A DNA stretch of 64,000 nucleotides from Podarcis cretensis (GCA_951804945.1 OX638161.1:32240001-32304000); one strand, 5' to 3'. Shown: positions 11,118 to 22,347, counted from the first letter of the stretch. Program-made: numbers and translations. Notes: a model not told the origin generated them from the sequence alone.

Positions 11118-11473
11118 CAGTGGTGCCCCGCAAGACGAACGCCTCGTAAGACAGAAAACCCGCTAGAAGAAAGGGTTTTCTGTTTTGGAGGTGCTTCGCA
11201 AAACAAATTTCCCTATGGGCTTGCTTCGCAAGACGAAATGTCTTGCGAGTTCCTGCGGGTTCCCCCCCCCTTTCCCCCCCTTTTCCTAAGCCGCTAAGCC
11301 GCTTATCAGGTGATCCGCTGATAAGCCGCTTATCAGCTGATCTGCTAAAAGCCGCTAAGCCGCTAATAGCGCTAATCCGCTAAGCTGTCAATGGGCTTGC
11401 TTCGCAAGACGAAAAAACCGCTATACGAAGAGCCTCACAGAACGGATTAATTTCGTCTTGCGAGGCACCACTG
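11118..11473. mobile_element. Tc1/mariner (Tigger/pogo-like) MITE
   Basis: TIR CAGTGGTGCCCCGCAAGACGAA / TTCGTCTTGCGAGGCACCACTG, TA on both sides; internal CCGCTAAG repeats; CpG-rich, so young. Confidence 0.92.
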
Positions 11474-11557
11474 TACTCTGTCCTCAGTTTCTCGCATAAC
11501 TGTGGCCCCTCTTCCTTCACTGTTTTAGAGGTGTGTTATTCTAGCACCATACTAACT

Positions 11558-11623
11558 AGGTCATGCATGTAGGGGAGCATGCATGTAGGTCATGCATGTA
11601 GGGGTCATGCATGTAGGGGAGCA
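11558..11623. repeat. Short tandem repeat (GGTCATGCATGTAGG)n
   Basis: Four imperfect copies of catgcatgtagg. Confidence 0.8.
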
Positions 11624-11804
11624 AGATGCATTATATTAGTATTTCTTTTTTAAAAGAGCTATTTCAGTGCAGTTCAATGAGTGTCATAATACTCAATGTG
11701 TTGATTATTAGTAGTATTAAACACAAGTTCTCTTTGGTTGCTTTATGTTGGCTTGAGGTTTAGGTGCAAGTTGTGATGGGCTTTTACCTAGGATTCTTGG
11801 TGCA

Positions 11805-12069
11805 GGATTCATGTGTAGGTTCATTTTGTTTCCTATGGCTACATCTCCTTTGCTGTGCTGAGAATCCCTTCTGTTCAAGGTAGATATAAAGTTTTCTCTA
11901 CCTGCATCCCCCACCTGACTGTCTTTTCTTTATTTATGAGCACAGCTGTGTTTTCATACATGAGACCTAAAACACTTTCTTCTACAACAATGGATTTGCT
12001 CTCTGCTGTATTGTATAATGTTTTGCCACCACTACTGAATCCCGTTAATTTATAGCTTTAGGAACAAAG
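11805..12069 (+). pseudogene. 3'-partial duplicate of OR 9781-10716 (TM5-TM7)
   Basis: Near-identical to ~10405-10660, lacks the 5' part, frameshift at cccgttaattta. Confidence 0.93.
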
Positions 12070-12924
12070 TGTCAGAACACACAAATTTAGCAATAGTTAC
12101 TTATTGTGTAGATTGAAGGATTACTTTTCTTCATTGCTTCCACACACAACAAATGAATTATATTTTATCATATTTAAAGCTACAGCTAGATATATTGCTC
12201 ATTTCCAAGGAATATCTTTTAAAATTCAATTTAATTATAATTAATTATAATTTTATAATTATTTTAATTTTAATTATAATTCTTGTAAATTCTACTGGAA
12301 ATATGCTATAGTGTGGACTAAATATTCATCTAATAAAGCTAGATAGATACATGATAGATAGGTGGATACATAGATAGATAGATTGGATTAGATTAGAATG
12401 AAGCTCTTGCTCAGATTATGTACTTCCCCTGGCTTCTGCAATAAAGTTTCCAAATGCAAGAATGCTCACAAAATTAACATTTTGGGTGGAAATTCATGGC
12501 AAAGAATTGAAAAAATGTGTATTTTACAGGAGCAGGGTGTACAGAAAGTGTACAAAATGGATAAAATTTAGATGCAAATATTTTGTTCATTTTTTTTTAA
12601 AAAAAAGATCAGCACAAAAAGAGGATGGACTTGACTGATCTGTGCATTTATTTTTAAAAATGAAAACTGAAATGACTGCACCCTCACTCATTTAAAGGTA
12701 AAAGTAATAATACTCAACCAAAAGTACATATTTTTCACAAGTTTTATATTTGCTTTCATTTTTCATCTCTATTTTTATGCACTCTATCTAGAATCTGGCA
12801 AGTATGATGCCCTAAGGGAGAACACCTGAAAAGGCCATTTGTGCAAATAAATTCTTGGTGTAAAACATTAATGATTATTTCATATGTTTGGTAGAAATGT
12901 GAATCTTGTATCCTCTGGCATTTG

Positions 12925-13110
12925 TACAATGGGATTCCACAGGGTACTAGTCTTTCCTCTGTGCTTTTTAATGCAAGATGTTTGGTGTGGTCGTTAGGAG
13001 TTTTGAAGTAAGGTGCCACCCATTCACTGATTATACACAGCTCTGCTTCTCTATAACATCTGACTCAGAAGGGACAGTGAAAGCATTGGATCAGTATCTG
13101 GATGCTGTAA
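12925..13110 (+). mobile_element. L2 LINE RT relic
   Basis: GIPQG.SLS.VLFN ... VVRSFEVRCHPFTDYTQL (decayed YADDTQL). Confidence 0.7.
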
Positions 13111-13477
13111 TAAACATTCAGAAAGCATTGTGGCTAATACCTTCAAAATTAAAAAGCTCCATCCTAAGTCCTACATCTCTGGTCCAGCTATGGTCCCAGA
13201 ACACTCCCTTTTGAGGATTTATGTTGGTTTATGATTCACCATGCTCAGCTCAGATTACCTGGTCCCAGCTCAGCCAGAATGGTAGGGATAAGCCAGTATT
13301 CTTCTGGCACAGCAGGAGATGGGTAGTCATGCTGGGTTTAGTTGCATAAGGAACCTCTTGTCTCAACTGCAGGTTCTAACCCTAGTCATCCCAGTGGATC
13401 TTGCTGTAAGATTGCTCATTAAACTGGCTACAATCTAGAATTTCTAGTGGGGAGATCAGTCACACAATACTTAGGTA

Positions 13478-13620
13478 GCCTGTAGAATTCACTAGATGTG
13501 GTGATGGCCACCAATTTAGAAGGTCTTAAAATGGAAATGGAAATTATAATTAATGCTGGAGGATGAGATTATCAATGACTGTCATGCTCAATACTCATCA
13601 ATGGCTATCATTATGCTGCA
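13478..13620 (+). mobile_element. CR1 3' end relic
   Basis: gatgtggtgatggccaccaatttagaagg...atcaatggcta. Confidence 0.55.
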
Positions 13621-13973
13621 TTTAGGTTTAAAGACACTATTTTGCTGAATTGTTTGTGTTAAATGTTTCAAATGTATTCATTGGCAATAGAGCCCAGGTT
13701 TCTTCAATAAAGAGGCTGAATTATGGCATATTTATTATAAATAGTATGTTTACCTTGATTCTTGTGTCTTATGTTGCTTTAACAGTCAGGAATATTATTT
13801 CTGTATTGAATTCAAGGAAACTCAAGGAAATATTATATTATATTAAATACAATAAAATATGTAAACATAAACACAAGCAAACAAGTATTTTGATAAAGAG
13901 CTCCAGGCAATCCTGTTTCTTTGAAAAACCTATCATCCAGAATTCACAAAGCGTGTTCTCCTTCATGGAGAGC

Positions 13974-14781
13974 ACGTGTTGCGGTGGGGTCTGCTGAGCC
14001 ACCCCTCTGTTACCAGGCAGGGTCTCTAAAGATGGCCTGGGGCAGTGATTGGTTCACTGGGTTGCTGGGGTAAAAGTTAAGTTGCAATTTTGGTGGGAGG
14101 GGTAAAATGTTTAAATACTCTGCACGCAGCCTGGAGCTTTCTCTTTGCTGCGTGCAACGGATCACCCGCCCACCCGCCCTTGAGTAAGGGGTTGTTGCAT
14201 TGACCTTGCTATGCCTGTCATGGGGTTATCTGCCGTCGGGGCAGGGGCCTGGTAGGAATTTTGTCCATCTGGCTGATTGGCTGGGCCATTTGGTTTTTGC
14301 CTACTGCGTAGCAAATCGTCACAACTTGTAAGGTTGCGGTTAGGCATTGGTTATAAATTGGTGGAGGAGGGGTTAGGATAGGCTGGGCCTGCCCCTCCAT
14401 GGTTGCTGCAGAAAGGGAATTCCGTTAAAGGAATCCTGGGGCTTGCCATCTTTTCGTCCAATCCCTGGAATGGGACTAGGGCCGGCAAGCCTTCGGGGAG
14501 CATGCGGATGAGAATTGAGGGTCTGTGGCCCAGCTCCATTTCTCCCCGACTTGCTTTCCCCCGCACTGTCTTTCGGTGGTGCCTGGAAGTCAGTTCTGTC
14601 CCCAGGCGGGGGGACAGATAGTCTTAACCAATGTCTAAACAACCACTCATGATTTTGTATTTAAATAAAGTTGTGGCCAAAATTATGTCAAAAACAAACA
14701 AAACAAAACTTAAACACACTTAAACAAAAATTAAGTGTGCGTTGTGAGTTATTTGGGGGGTGGCTTGGGGACCTCGACACG
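13974..14781 (+). mobile_element. Ngaro-type solo A-B terminal repeat unit
   Basis: 3' half homologous to 55935-56370 (rc); aataaagttgtggcc; ends cacg|caa; no TSD. Confidence 0.7.
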
Positions 14782-15066
14782 CAATACAATATAATATAAC
14801 ACAATATAAGCTATGATGATGGACTCTATTTTAGAAAGCTTCAAAAGTGACACTCAGTGGGCAGAGTTTTCCACTGCTTTCCAGCCAGTACCTGGCAATG
14901 AAACCAAACAACAATCCCTTTGGGAAGGAGGTGTGAGGGCTCTGACAGGGCCCTAGAATCCACCCTCCTTCTTCCCAAAGCCTAGTAAGTGCTTACTGGG
15001 CTTTGAGAAGTCCTCACATCTCCTTCCAATTTCAGGACTCTCCATGACCAAGTGAGAAGCTGTCAT

Positions 15067-16156
15067 TGAGGCATCTAATCATAAGCCTGCATTTTTATCA
15101 AGCTTATATTTTTTGATCAAGGTTGTATCTTAAAAATGAGTTCAAATTCACAAATGTTTCATGCCAGGCAGGAACTAGGCTGGCTAAGATTTTGGCAGAT
15201 TTTCATCCTCTTGGCCAGAGAGGCCCTCTGGTTTATTGCGGTCATAAAAGGCTGAGAGCGAGGTCACTGACCTTGCATGTTGCAGAGTACAATTAAGCTA
15301 CAATTAAGTTGGTAAATAGTAAGAATTATTGTGCCTCCCGTTAGAGACTTGAGCCACATTTTCCTAAGGGCAAGAGCTAATGGAAATAGGGAAAGAAAGT
15401 GTTTTTAAGTTTTTTCTTACTTTGAAAACGTCTTTGCTTATAAAAAAAATTATATATGTTATGTATTAAATATATTGGCTTAAATGTAATTATGCAAAGG
15501 AATTAGAAGCTAAGAAATGTTAAATCCTTATGCTAGATTCTTATTTCATATAGTTGGAAGAGATCACAGGGGCCATCAGCCACCAGCCTAGCCCCCCCTT
15601 GCCAAGCAGGAAAGTACCATCAGAGCACTCTAGACAGATGGTTGTCAGGTTTTTGTTTAAAGGAACCTCCAATGAAGGAGATCTTTCATTGATGATGCGT
15701 ACAAAAGATCTTTAATACCTGTTTAAAATAGAATTAGCCACCATCTGTTTTAGCCATCTGCTCTATTTTAGAATTAAGGGGGCAAAGGTGATTTGGTAAT
15801 TAAGGTGCTTTGTAGAGGTTAATGGCTACTTGTTTGCCAATTATAAATATAGCTTTTATTTCCCATAAAAGGCAATAGGAAATGGGTGTATCTTTTGTGA
15901 TTGGTTCTAGCAAACAGCCAATAGGAATTTCAACCAAGCTGATTGGACAGAGGCAGCCACAGGAGGAGCAAGGGGGCTGGATTAAGGAAATATAAGTGCT
16001 GGCCAGAATGGCAGGAGGCCAGGCCAGAGCTTGGTAACCATATACCACTGTGCCTCATATTTATTTGTCTGACAAATAAATTATTATTTTAATTTCTCTA
16101 TTGCTGCGTTGAATATTTCATTCCAGCTAAGTGTTAACCACAAGCAGGGTGCTACA
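15067..16156 (+). mobile_element. Solo LTR, ERV1-like (1090 bp)
   Basis: TGAGGC...GCTACA, 4-bp TSD TCAT; CCAAT and TATA boxes; second copy at 58764-59885. Confidence 0.92.
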
Positions 16157-16559
16157 TCATGGCTAAAGAGTTTTGCTGATCCTGGCATTTTTGTTGCACT
16201 TGGAGGCCACTGTTCAGGTTATTTGTTCAAGTTAGGTAGGAATTGTAAGTTAGCAGAAGCTTCCCTCCCCATATGGCCGGCCAACACTAGTTATTTGCAA
16301 AAACTGTTTGAATCTGCCTCTAGGAGGAAGCATCCCTTGCCTCTATGATCTACACTCCACTGACTAGAAGGACATTTCACAGTAAGTCCAACTTTGTTTT
16401 CTCACAGCTGAGTTACTTAAGCTAAATAATTCTTAAAAATGAGGGTGAAATGGTTAAAGCTCCTAAGCATGATGTGAATGGCTTTTTTTAAAAGAAAAGA
16501 TGACATCTTCTGCCTCTTTTGTTGAATTAGAGAAAGGATTGTAAATTAAGACATTGTAA

Positions 16560-16747
16560 ATCTCCAAGGTACAACTCGATGATGCAAGTTATGGATCACC
16601 TTGGTGATGCACAACTTTATGACCACTATTGGGAGCAGAGATGAAACACTCTGCTGAGCAAAGCACATGCTTCTGCAAATATAATTTAGTCTCAGGCATA
16701 CATGCACTGCCATCTTCAAAGAGGATCAACTTCAGATTGAGGTGAGC
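16560..16747 (+). promoter_or_regulatory. Putative promoter and non-coding exon 1 of OR at 20713
   Basis: aaatataa ~16678, exon homologous to those ending 3791 and 9210, donor GTGAGC at 16742; acceptor tttgcag ends 20655. Confidence 0.5.
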
Positions 16748-17133
16748 ATTTTAATAAATTATGTCCAGAATGAAATAAAGGTCTGATCAAAATTTAATGC
16801 TATTAAGAGTAGAGCCACTTAAAAAGAAATCGGTTTTGTTAGCCATGACTAATGACTGTCACATTGATTGCAATAGATCTGCACTAAGCATGTCTAAGTC
16901 TGGTTACAATACTACAAGTTCAGGTTTTCACTTCTAACAATGGTATAACATGTCTGAAACTTTAGTATTAATCTGATAATATTTCATCACTATCACGATA
17001 ATGCATTTCTCAAGTTATCACCACTTTGCTTTTTCTGATAGAGAAAAAATGTAAAATTTGTTTGCACACACCTGTTGAAGAATGACAACAGCACTGAATT
17101 GTATTTGTAACTTTCAGGAAAGGAAAATCACAA

Positions 17134-17135
<2 letters not shown>

Positions 17136-17164
<29 letters not shown>
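17136..17164. repeat. (CA)n microsatellite
   Basis: Direct. Confidence 0.95.
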
Positions 17165-17840
17165 AGCTTTACATTTAACATACACAAGTCTGATTTAGGA
17201 TTTATTTTTTGCATAAGAAGTGTTAAATAAATTTGCTTATAACATATATCAACATTAGGCATAAATTGAGATTTTCATTGTAACATTAAAAACAATATAT
17301 GGTGTGAATGAGAACCTCTGGTCCTCTCATCACTCCAGTCAGGATGGTCAATGATAAGGGCTGATGGCACTTGCAGTTCAAAATACTCATAGTTTCTCCA
17401 CCCCTGATATAGAGCACAATCCTTTGCAGATTAACTCCTACACAAGCCTCTCTGTCTTCAATTCTGCTTACTACCAGGTAAATCTGCATAAGATTAGACC
17501 TTGGGCTGCAAGCAAATGCATGTTTACTTGGGAGTAACTCCCACTGAAGTAAAAAGGATTGGGTTATATCTAAGCACAGGTGTTGGCAAAGTTTTTTGTG
17601 GCTTGGGTCGGTTCACAGTCCCACATATGCCGTGGTGGGTCGGAGTGCAATTGTGAGAGTGCACGCATGCATGCATACGCAAACGCTATTTCTGGCCCTC
17701 CTTCAGGCATGGAACATTCATGGAACATTCTATGCCAGGAACATTCTGATGTGGCTAGAAATCTTTTTGATCTGAACCCCTTTCATTTTAATGGATGTTG
17801 CTTAAATGGATGTTCTCTTAATGACCACTCCCCACTTAAA

Positions 17841-18655
17841 ACGGGGGGCGCCCTTTGCGGGGACGCGTGCAGCCCTGGATCTGGAGTGGCCCCATCAGCA
17901 TAGGCTTTGCCTTCCCTCAGGTGGGATACCTGGAGGTCCCCGCCTACCCCAGTGAGTTGTCCAATCCCACCTGGGGGAAGCGTTGCCAGGGAAACCAGGC
18001 CAGGTAGGGGGAGGGATTACCTGCCCACACAATAGAGGGTGGATCTTAATTGGTAATCCTCACTTGGCTCCAGAGCTTCTCCCACTCTACCCACCCTCAG
18101 TTAATGCCTTCTTTTGCAGGTTATCTTTTCTTCATAGGTTTTGCAGGTTAACCTGTCTCCACAGGTATGCGGGCGCTGCTACAATAAGGTCACTGTTAAA
18201 GGGCCGGAAAGGAATTTCCCTGCATTGGCAGGTTTCGCCTTTCCCGTAGCAAAACGTCACAACTTTGGCGGTATCAGGCCTTGGGCGGAATCCTTTAGTC
18301 CATCTTCCTCTTTGCGGTGGCGATACCAGGGTTCCCCGTTAAAGGGGTTTCTGAAGGGAGGCTTTGGCCGTTGTTCTCCCCTGCGGCGGCGTAACGGGGG
18401 CGGCTATCTCTGCTTGAACATATGTTCTCCAGAGCCGGACCATCCCCCCCACACACACACTGGATAACCCTGATGCTCCCTAGGTCCCCGGCTGGGGACT
18501 AGGGAGGGAGAACGCCCAATGCCTGAGCCAAGGTCTACCCACATTTGAAATTTAATAAAGTTGTGGCCAATTTAATCCCATAGCACGTTGTCTAGAGTCG
18601 TTATTCCACATGATGGGGGGGACCACTCGGGATCTGGGGACTCCGCCTGTCCACG
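17841..18655 (+). mobile_element. Ngaro-type solo A-B unit, different subfamily
   Basis: GC/CpG-rich; ccgttaaagg core, taataaagttgtggcc, ends cacg|caa like 13974-14781. Confidence 0.65.
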
Positions 18656-19585
18656 CAAATGAAATGCAAATCTCTTGTCCTTCTTGGCCAGCAGTATCAA
18701 TTGTCCTAGTTGCTGCCCATTTGTGGCCAGGAAGAGAATAGTCCAGCTATCACTCAGTATGATACTGATCAAGTCCCTTAAGGCAACTCTCTGAGCATAA
18801 AGAGCTGTTTTGAAGGATTTGATATTTAAACAGGTTTCTTGAGGGGTCTGATTATTTCAAAGTGAAACAGCAATACAATATTGGACTCCCAAATTCCTAT
18901 CCTTTGTTAAAGATGGAAAGACCCTGACCACCTTCAGAATCAACCCTATGTTCATTTATGAATCTGCCCCGCTTTCAACTATCAATGTCTTTTACAACAA
19001 GCCTGGCATAATAAACGGTATCTACTTGCCTCATGTAAGTCAGCTATGAATAAGCCATGGATAATGAGTTTTACAAAAGTTTGTGGCTTGCACCCTAAAC
19101 AATCATACCTCTTTCCCTAACAAAAGAAGCATATAACATTTACAGTTAGAATGTAGCTACAGTTAGCAGTTAAGATGCTTACTGCAGTCAATAAACTAAA
19201 ATTCCCAAGCTTTCTGAAATTACTCCATTTTATTTCTGAAGCTTTGAATTCAATTTGGTTTCATGTTTTCAACATTATTTTATGATATGTATTATGTTTC
19301 CTAGTCTATTTTTATATCACTCTGACTTTTTTTTAAATTGTACAGCAGTTTATGCAGTATAAAGTAAACATAAAATAGATAAATCTGGTATATCCATAAG
19401 CACCAGATTATTTATTTATTATGTATGGGACAAAATAAGAATTTCCCATAAACAATGAAAACATACCAATGTTGGAGCATGTTTCACTTCTAGAGAAAGA
19501 GAATTCCAGTTGTTTGATCATGGCAGTAAGCCTCTTAATTTTTAACTTCAAAGTTGTTGCAGTTAAAACACCTTCACACAAACAA

Positions 19586-19867
19586 GGGCTCATCCACATG
19601 TACGTTTGCTCCACATTTGTAGACACAAGCCTGGGCTTTCCAGCTCCAAAACTTTCCCCGCCAAAACCCACTCTTTGACACTGAATCAGAGCAAACGATA
19701 TTCCATGGAAATCCCAAATTGCTGTTTGTTCAGATGCAGTATGAGAGGGCAAGTTTTCCCGGGGAAAGCGGTGGGGCAAAAAAAAAGGGGGGGGGCTCGC
19801 ATATAGACTCAGACACATAGAACTGTGCCAAGAAAATGTGTGGTGAAAGGAAAGTGTGGATGAACCA
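19586..19867. mobile_element. PIF/Harbinger-like MITE
   Basis: TIR gggctcatccaca / tgtggatgaacc; internal homology to ~23660-23910 and 42751-43430. Confidence 0.65.
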
Positions 19868-20712
19868 AAATATAGCTTTAAATGACAAGAACTTTGACGC
19901 TTCAACATCTGTGCCTTGATTTCTTTATGAAGAAAACTGGGCCCATTCAACAGCAATGGGTTGAGATTGCTATTTAGTGACAGAGCACAAACTGGTATTT
20001 TCAGGAAAGCATGAGAAAGATTCTCGTCTAAATCCCTGGAGAGCTGGTGCTAATCATTGCAGAGGAGCTAGACCGAACCATGGTCTGAACTGTTATCAGA
20101 TTTTTATTTTTCAACCCAATGCTTTCATGGGTTAAAATGCTTTCATTTGTATCCATTTTAATCCAATTGTAACATTCAAAGCTACTGAGGCTTCCTCTTC
20201 CTTCTTCTCAACCACAACATGTGAGTACTGATAAACCGTTCCAGACATTATCAACATTTAGTGGCTTCATTGTTAGCATAGTAGCTGATATTTTGCTGCA
20301 GAGTGCAAAATTTGTGGCCTTCCACATAATCTCATATAATGGGGATGAGCACTGGAGTGGATGAGAGCTGCTGTCAACAATATCCAGAGTGGAGTGGGTT
20401 GCACACACCTCTATGGTCTTTTGCTGTATGATATCATACAACTTATGCTCTATCTTAAAGTTCTTTGGGGTTTTTTCTTTTTTCTTTTCTTTTTTTGGTA
20501 GCTCAAATAATAACTTACATTCCATAATTTGTCACCTGTTTTACTCAAAATTCTTAAATCATGCTTGATATTTCTAAGGGCAATAAAAATGACAATTGAA
20601 CTTCAATATGCACACTATGATTCTATAATCATGAACAAATGCTTTCCCTTTGCAGAATCTCCATCTTAAACAAGCTTACTGTTCACTCCAAAGAATATCA
20701 GAAAGAAATTAA

Positions 20713-21645
20713 ATGAACAACCAAACTACTGCAACAGAGTTCCTTCTTATGGCATTTTCTGATGATCGTGATGTGCAGGTTTTGCATTCTGTGGTGTTTC
20801 TCTTCATTTACTTAACAGCCTTAATGGGGAATTTTCTCATCGTGACTACTGTGGCCTTAGACCACCACCTACACAGCCCCATGTATTTCTTTTTGACAAG
20901 CTTGTCATTTTTAGATGTTTGCTATATCTCTACTACTGTACCCAAATCCATAGCCATTTCACTGACAAACAAACTGATTTCTTTCGCTGGATGTGTCACA
21001 CAGGTCTTCTTAGTGATCACATTTGCTGGAACTGAGATTGCCTTGCTCACAGTCATGGCTTACGACCGTTACATAGCAATCTGCTACCCACTTCAATATA
21101 GTCTAATCATGAACTGGGAGGCCTGCATCCAAATGGCAGCTGCTTCCTGGCTGAGCAGCATGGTTAATGCATTATTGGAAACCACGGTCACGTTTAGATT
21201 AAGCTTCTGCCACTCCAATATTATTGGGCAGTTTTTCTGTGATTTGCCTCAGTTACAAAAGATTTCTTGCAGCGATACTAAAGTTAGTGAAGTTTTGCCA
21301 TTTGTCACTGGGCTCATTGTGGCCTCCTTTTGTACTGTGTTCATCTTTGTTTCTTATGGCTTCATCTTCTCAGTTGTGCTGAGGATTCCATCAGCTCAAG
21401 GCAGGTATAAAGCTTTCTCTACCTGCACTCCCCACCTAACAGTCTTTTCTTTATTTATAATAACAGCTGTGTTTTCGACCTTGAGACCTAAATCACTTTC
21501 CTCCCCTGCTGTGGACTTGGTTTCTGCTGTATTGTATACAGTGTTGCCACCGGTTCTGAATCCCATCATTTACAGCTTCAGAAACAAGGACATACAGAAC
21601 GCAGTGTGGCTAATACCTAAAAAAATTAAAAGTCTCATTGCATAA
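20713..21645 (+). CDS. Olfactory receptor, OR14-like, intact
   Basis: 310 aa; LHSPMYFFL, MAYDRYIAIC, KAFSTC, PVLNPIIYSFRN. Confidence 0.97.
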   Translation: MNNQTTATEFLLMAFSDDRDVQVLHSVVFLFIYLTALMGNFLIVTTVALDHHLHSPMYFFLTSLSFLDVCYISTTVPKSIAISLTNKLISFAGCVTQVFLVITFAGTEIALLTVMAYDRYIAICYPLQYSLIMNWEACIQMAAASWLSSMVNALLETTVTFRLSFCHSNIIGQFFCDLPQLQKISCSDTKVSEVLPFVTGLIVASFCTVFIFVSYGFIFSVVLRIPSAQGRYKAFSTCTPHLTVFSLFIITAVFSTLRPKSLSSPAVDLVSAVLYTVLPPVLNPIIYSFRNKDIQNAVWLIPKKIKSLIA

Positions 21646-21811
21646 CTGAACACAGGCACATTTTTGTAAACAATATATCTGGAAAGGCCAAATGAAAAAC
21701 TGAGTTTATACTTTAAGGGGAACATCCTAAGCATAAGAAACTGAAATAAAGCAAACCTAACATATGCTAAATCAGCATAAAGTACATCAGATCCAAATGC
21801 TGTTCAGGAGC

Positions 21812-22047
21812 CTTGAGCTTGTTTGGAGGTTCTAGCAGGGGAGCACAGCTATCGTATACCCTTGACCGAAGAACGGTACACTCCTTCTATCTGGGATGGT
21901 CGTCCTCTTCCACCGAGTGTACAGCTTCGGGAGGGACGCACGTGGAGCGGTGAGGGAGCAAGGGGACACCCGCCTAGCCAGCCAGATCAGCCGAATCAAC
22001 CCTGGCGATCAATGGGGTGACAGATGTCGCAGCCAGATCGCCCTCAC
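21812..22047 (-). pseudogene. RN7SK: 7SK RNA retrocopy (approx. nt 5-240), part of an inverted chimera
   Basis: Reverse complement reads GTGAGGGCGATCTGGCTGCGACATCTGTCACCCCATTGATCGCCAGGGTTGATTCGGCTGATCTGGCTGGCTAGGCGGGTGTCCCC...GAACCTCCAAACAAGCTCAAG, the vertebrate 7SK sequence; insertion flanked by an 18-bp TSD. Confidence 0.96.
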
Positions 22048-22303
22048 TTTTTTGTAAGCTTTAAAAGTAATAAATATTTTTTTAAAAAAAAAACAAAAAC
22101 AAATGCTGTTCAGGAGCACAGCTAATGCTGGTTTAGATGACATAAGCCTAGCAGAGGGAAAATAGGCCATTAAAGTAGTGTTTGAGTCACAGCATCATTT
22201 TTGCTGGCTTAGCTTATGTTGGGCTATCAGGTCACGTGACTGAGCTGACCATACTTACATTCCAACCAAAGTCCTTTATCTCTAGTCTGCAACCCCCATC
22301 CTA

Positions 22304-22304
<1 letters not shown>

Positions 22305-22347
<43 letters not shown>

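Noticed and set aside
11270-11390. CRISPR-like or novel repeat array (CCGCTAAG)n
   Set aside because: Irregular internal repeats of a MITE; no spacer structure; eukaryotic DNA.
19408-19956. 182-aa minus-strand ORF and the many other short ORFs
   Set aside because: They overlap MITEs, SINEs or LTRs or are antisense to real genes; no recognisable domains or splice support.
21812-22047. Functional 7SK gene
   Set aside because: Lacks the 3' ~90 nt and the first 4 nt, has no upstream Pol III promoter context, and is enclosed by a TSD.
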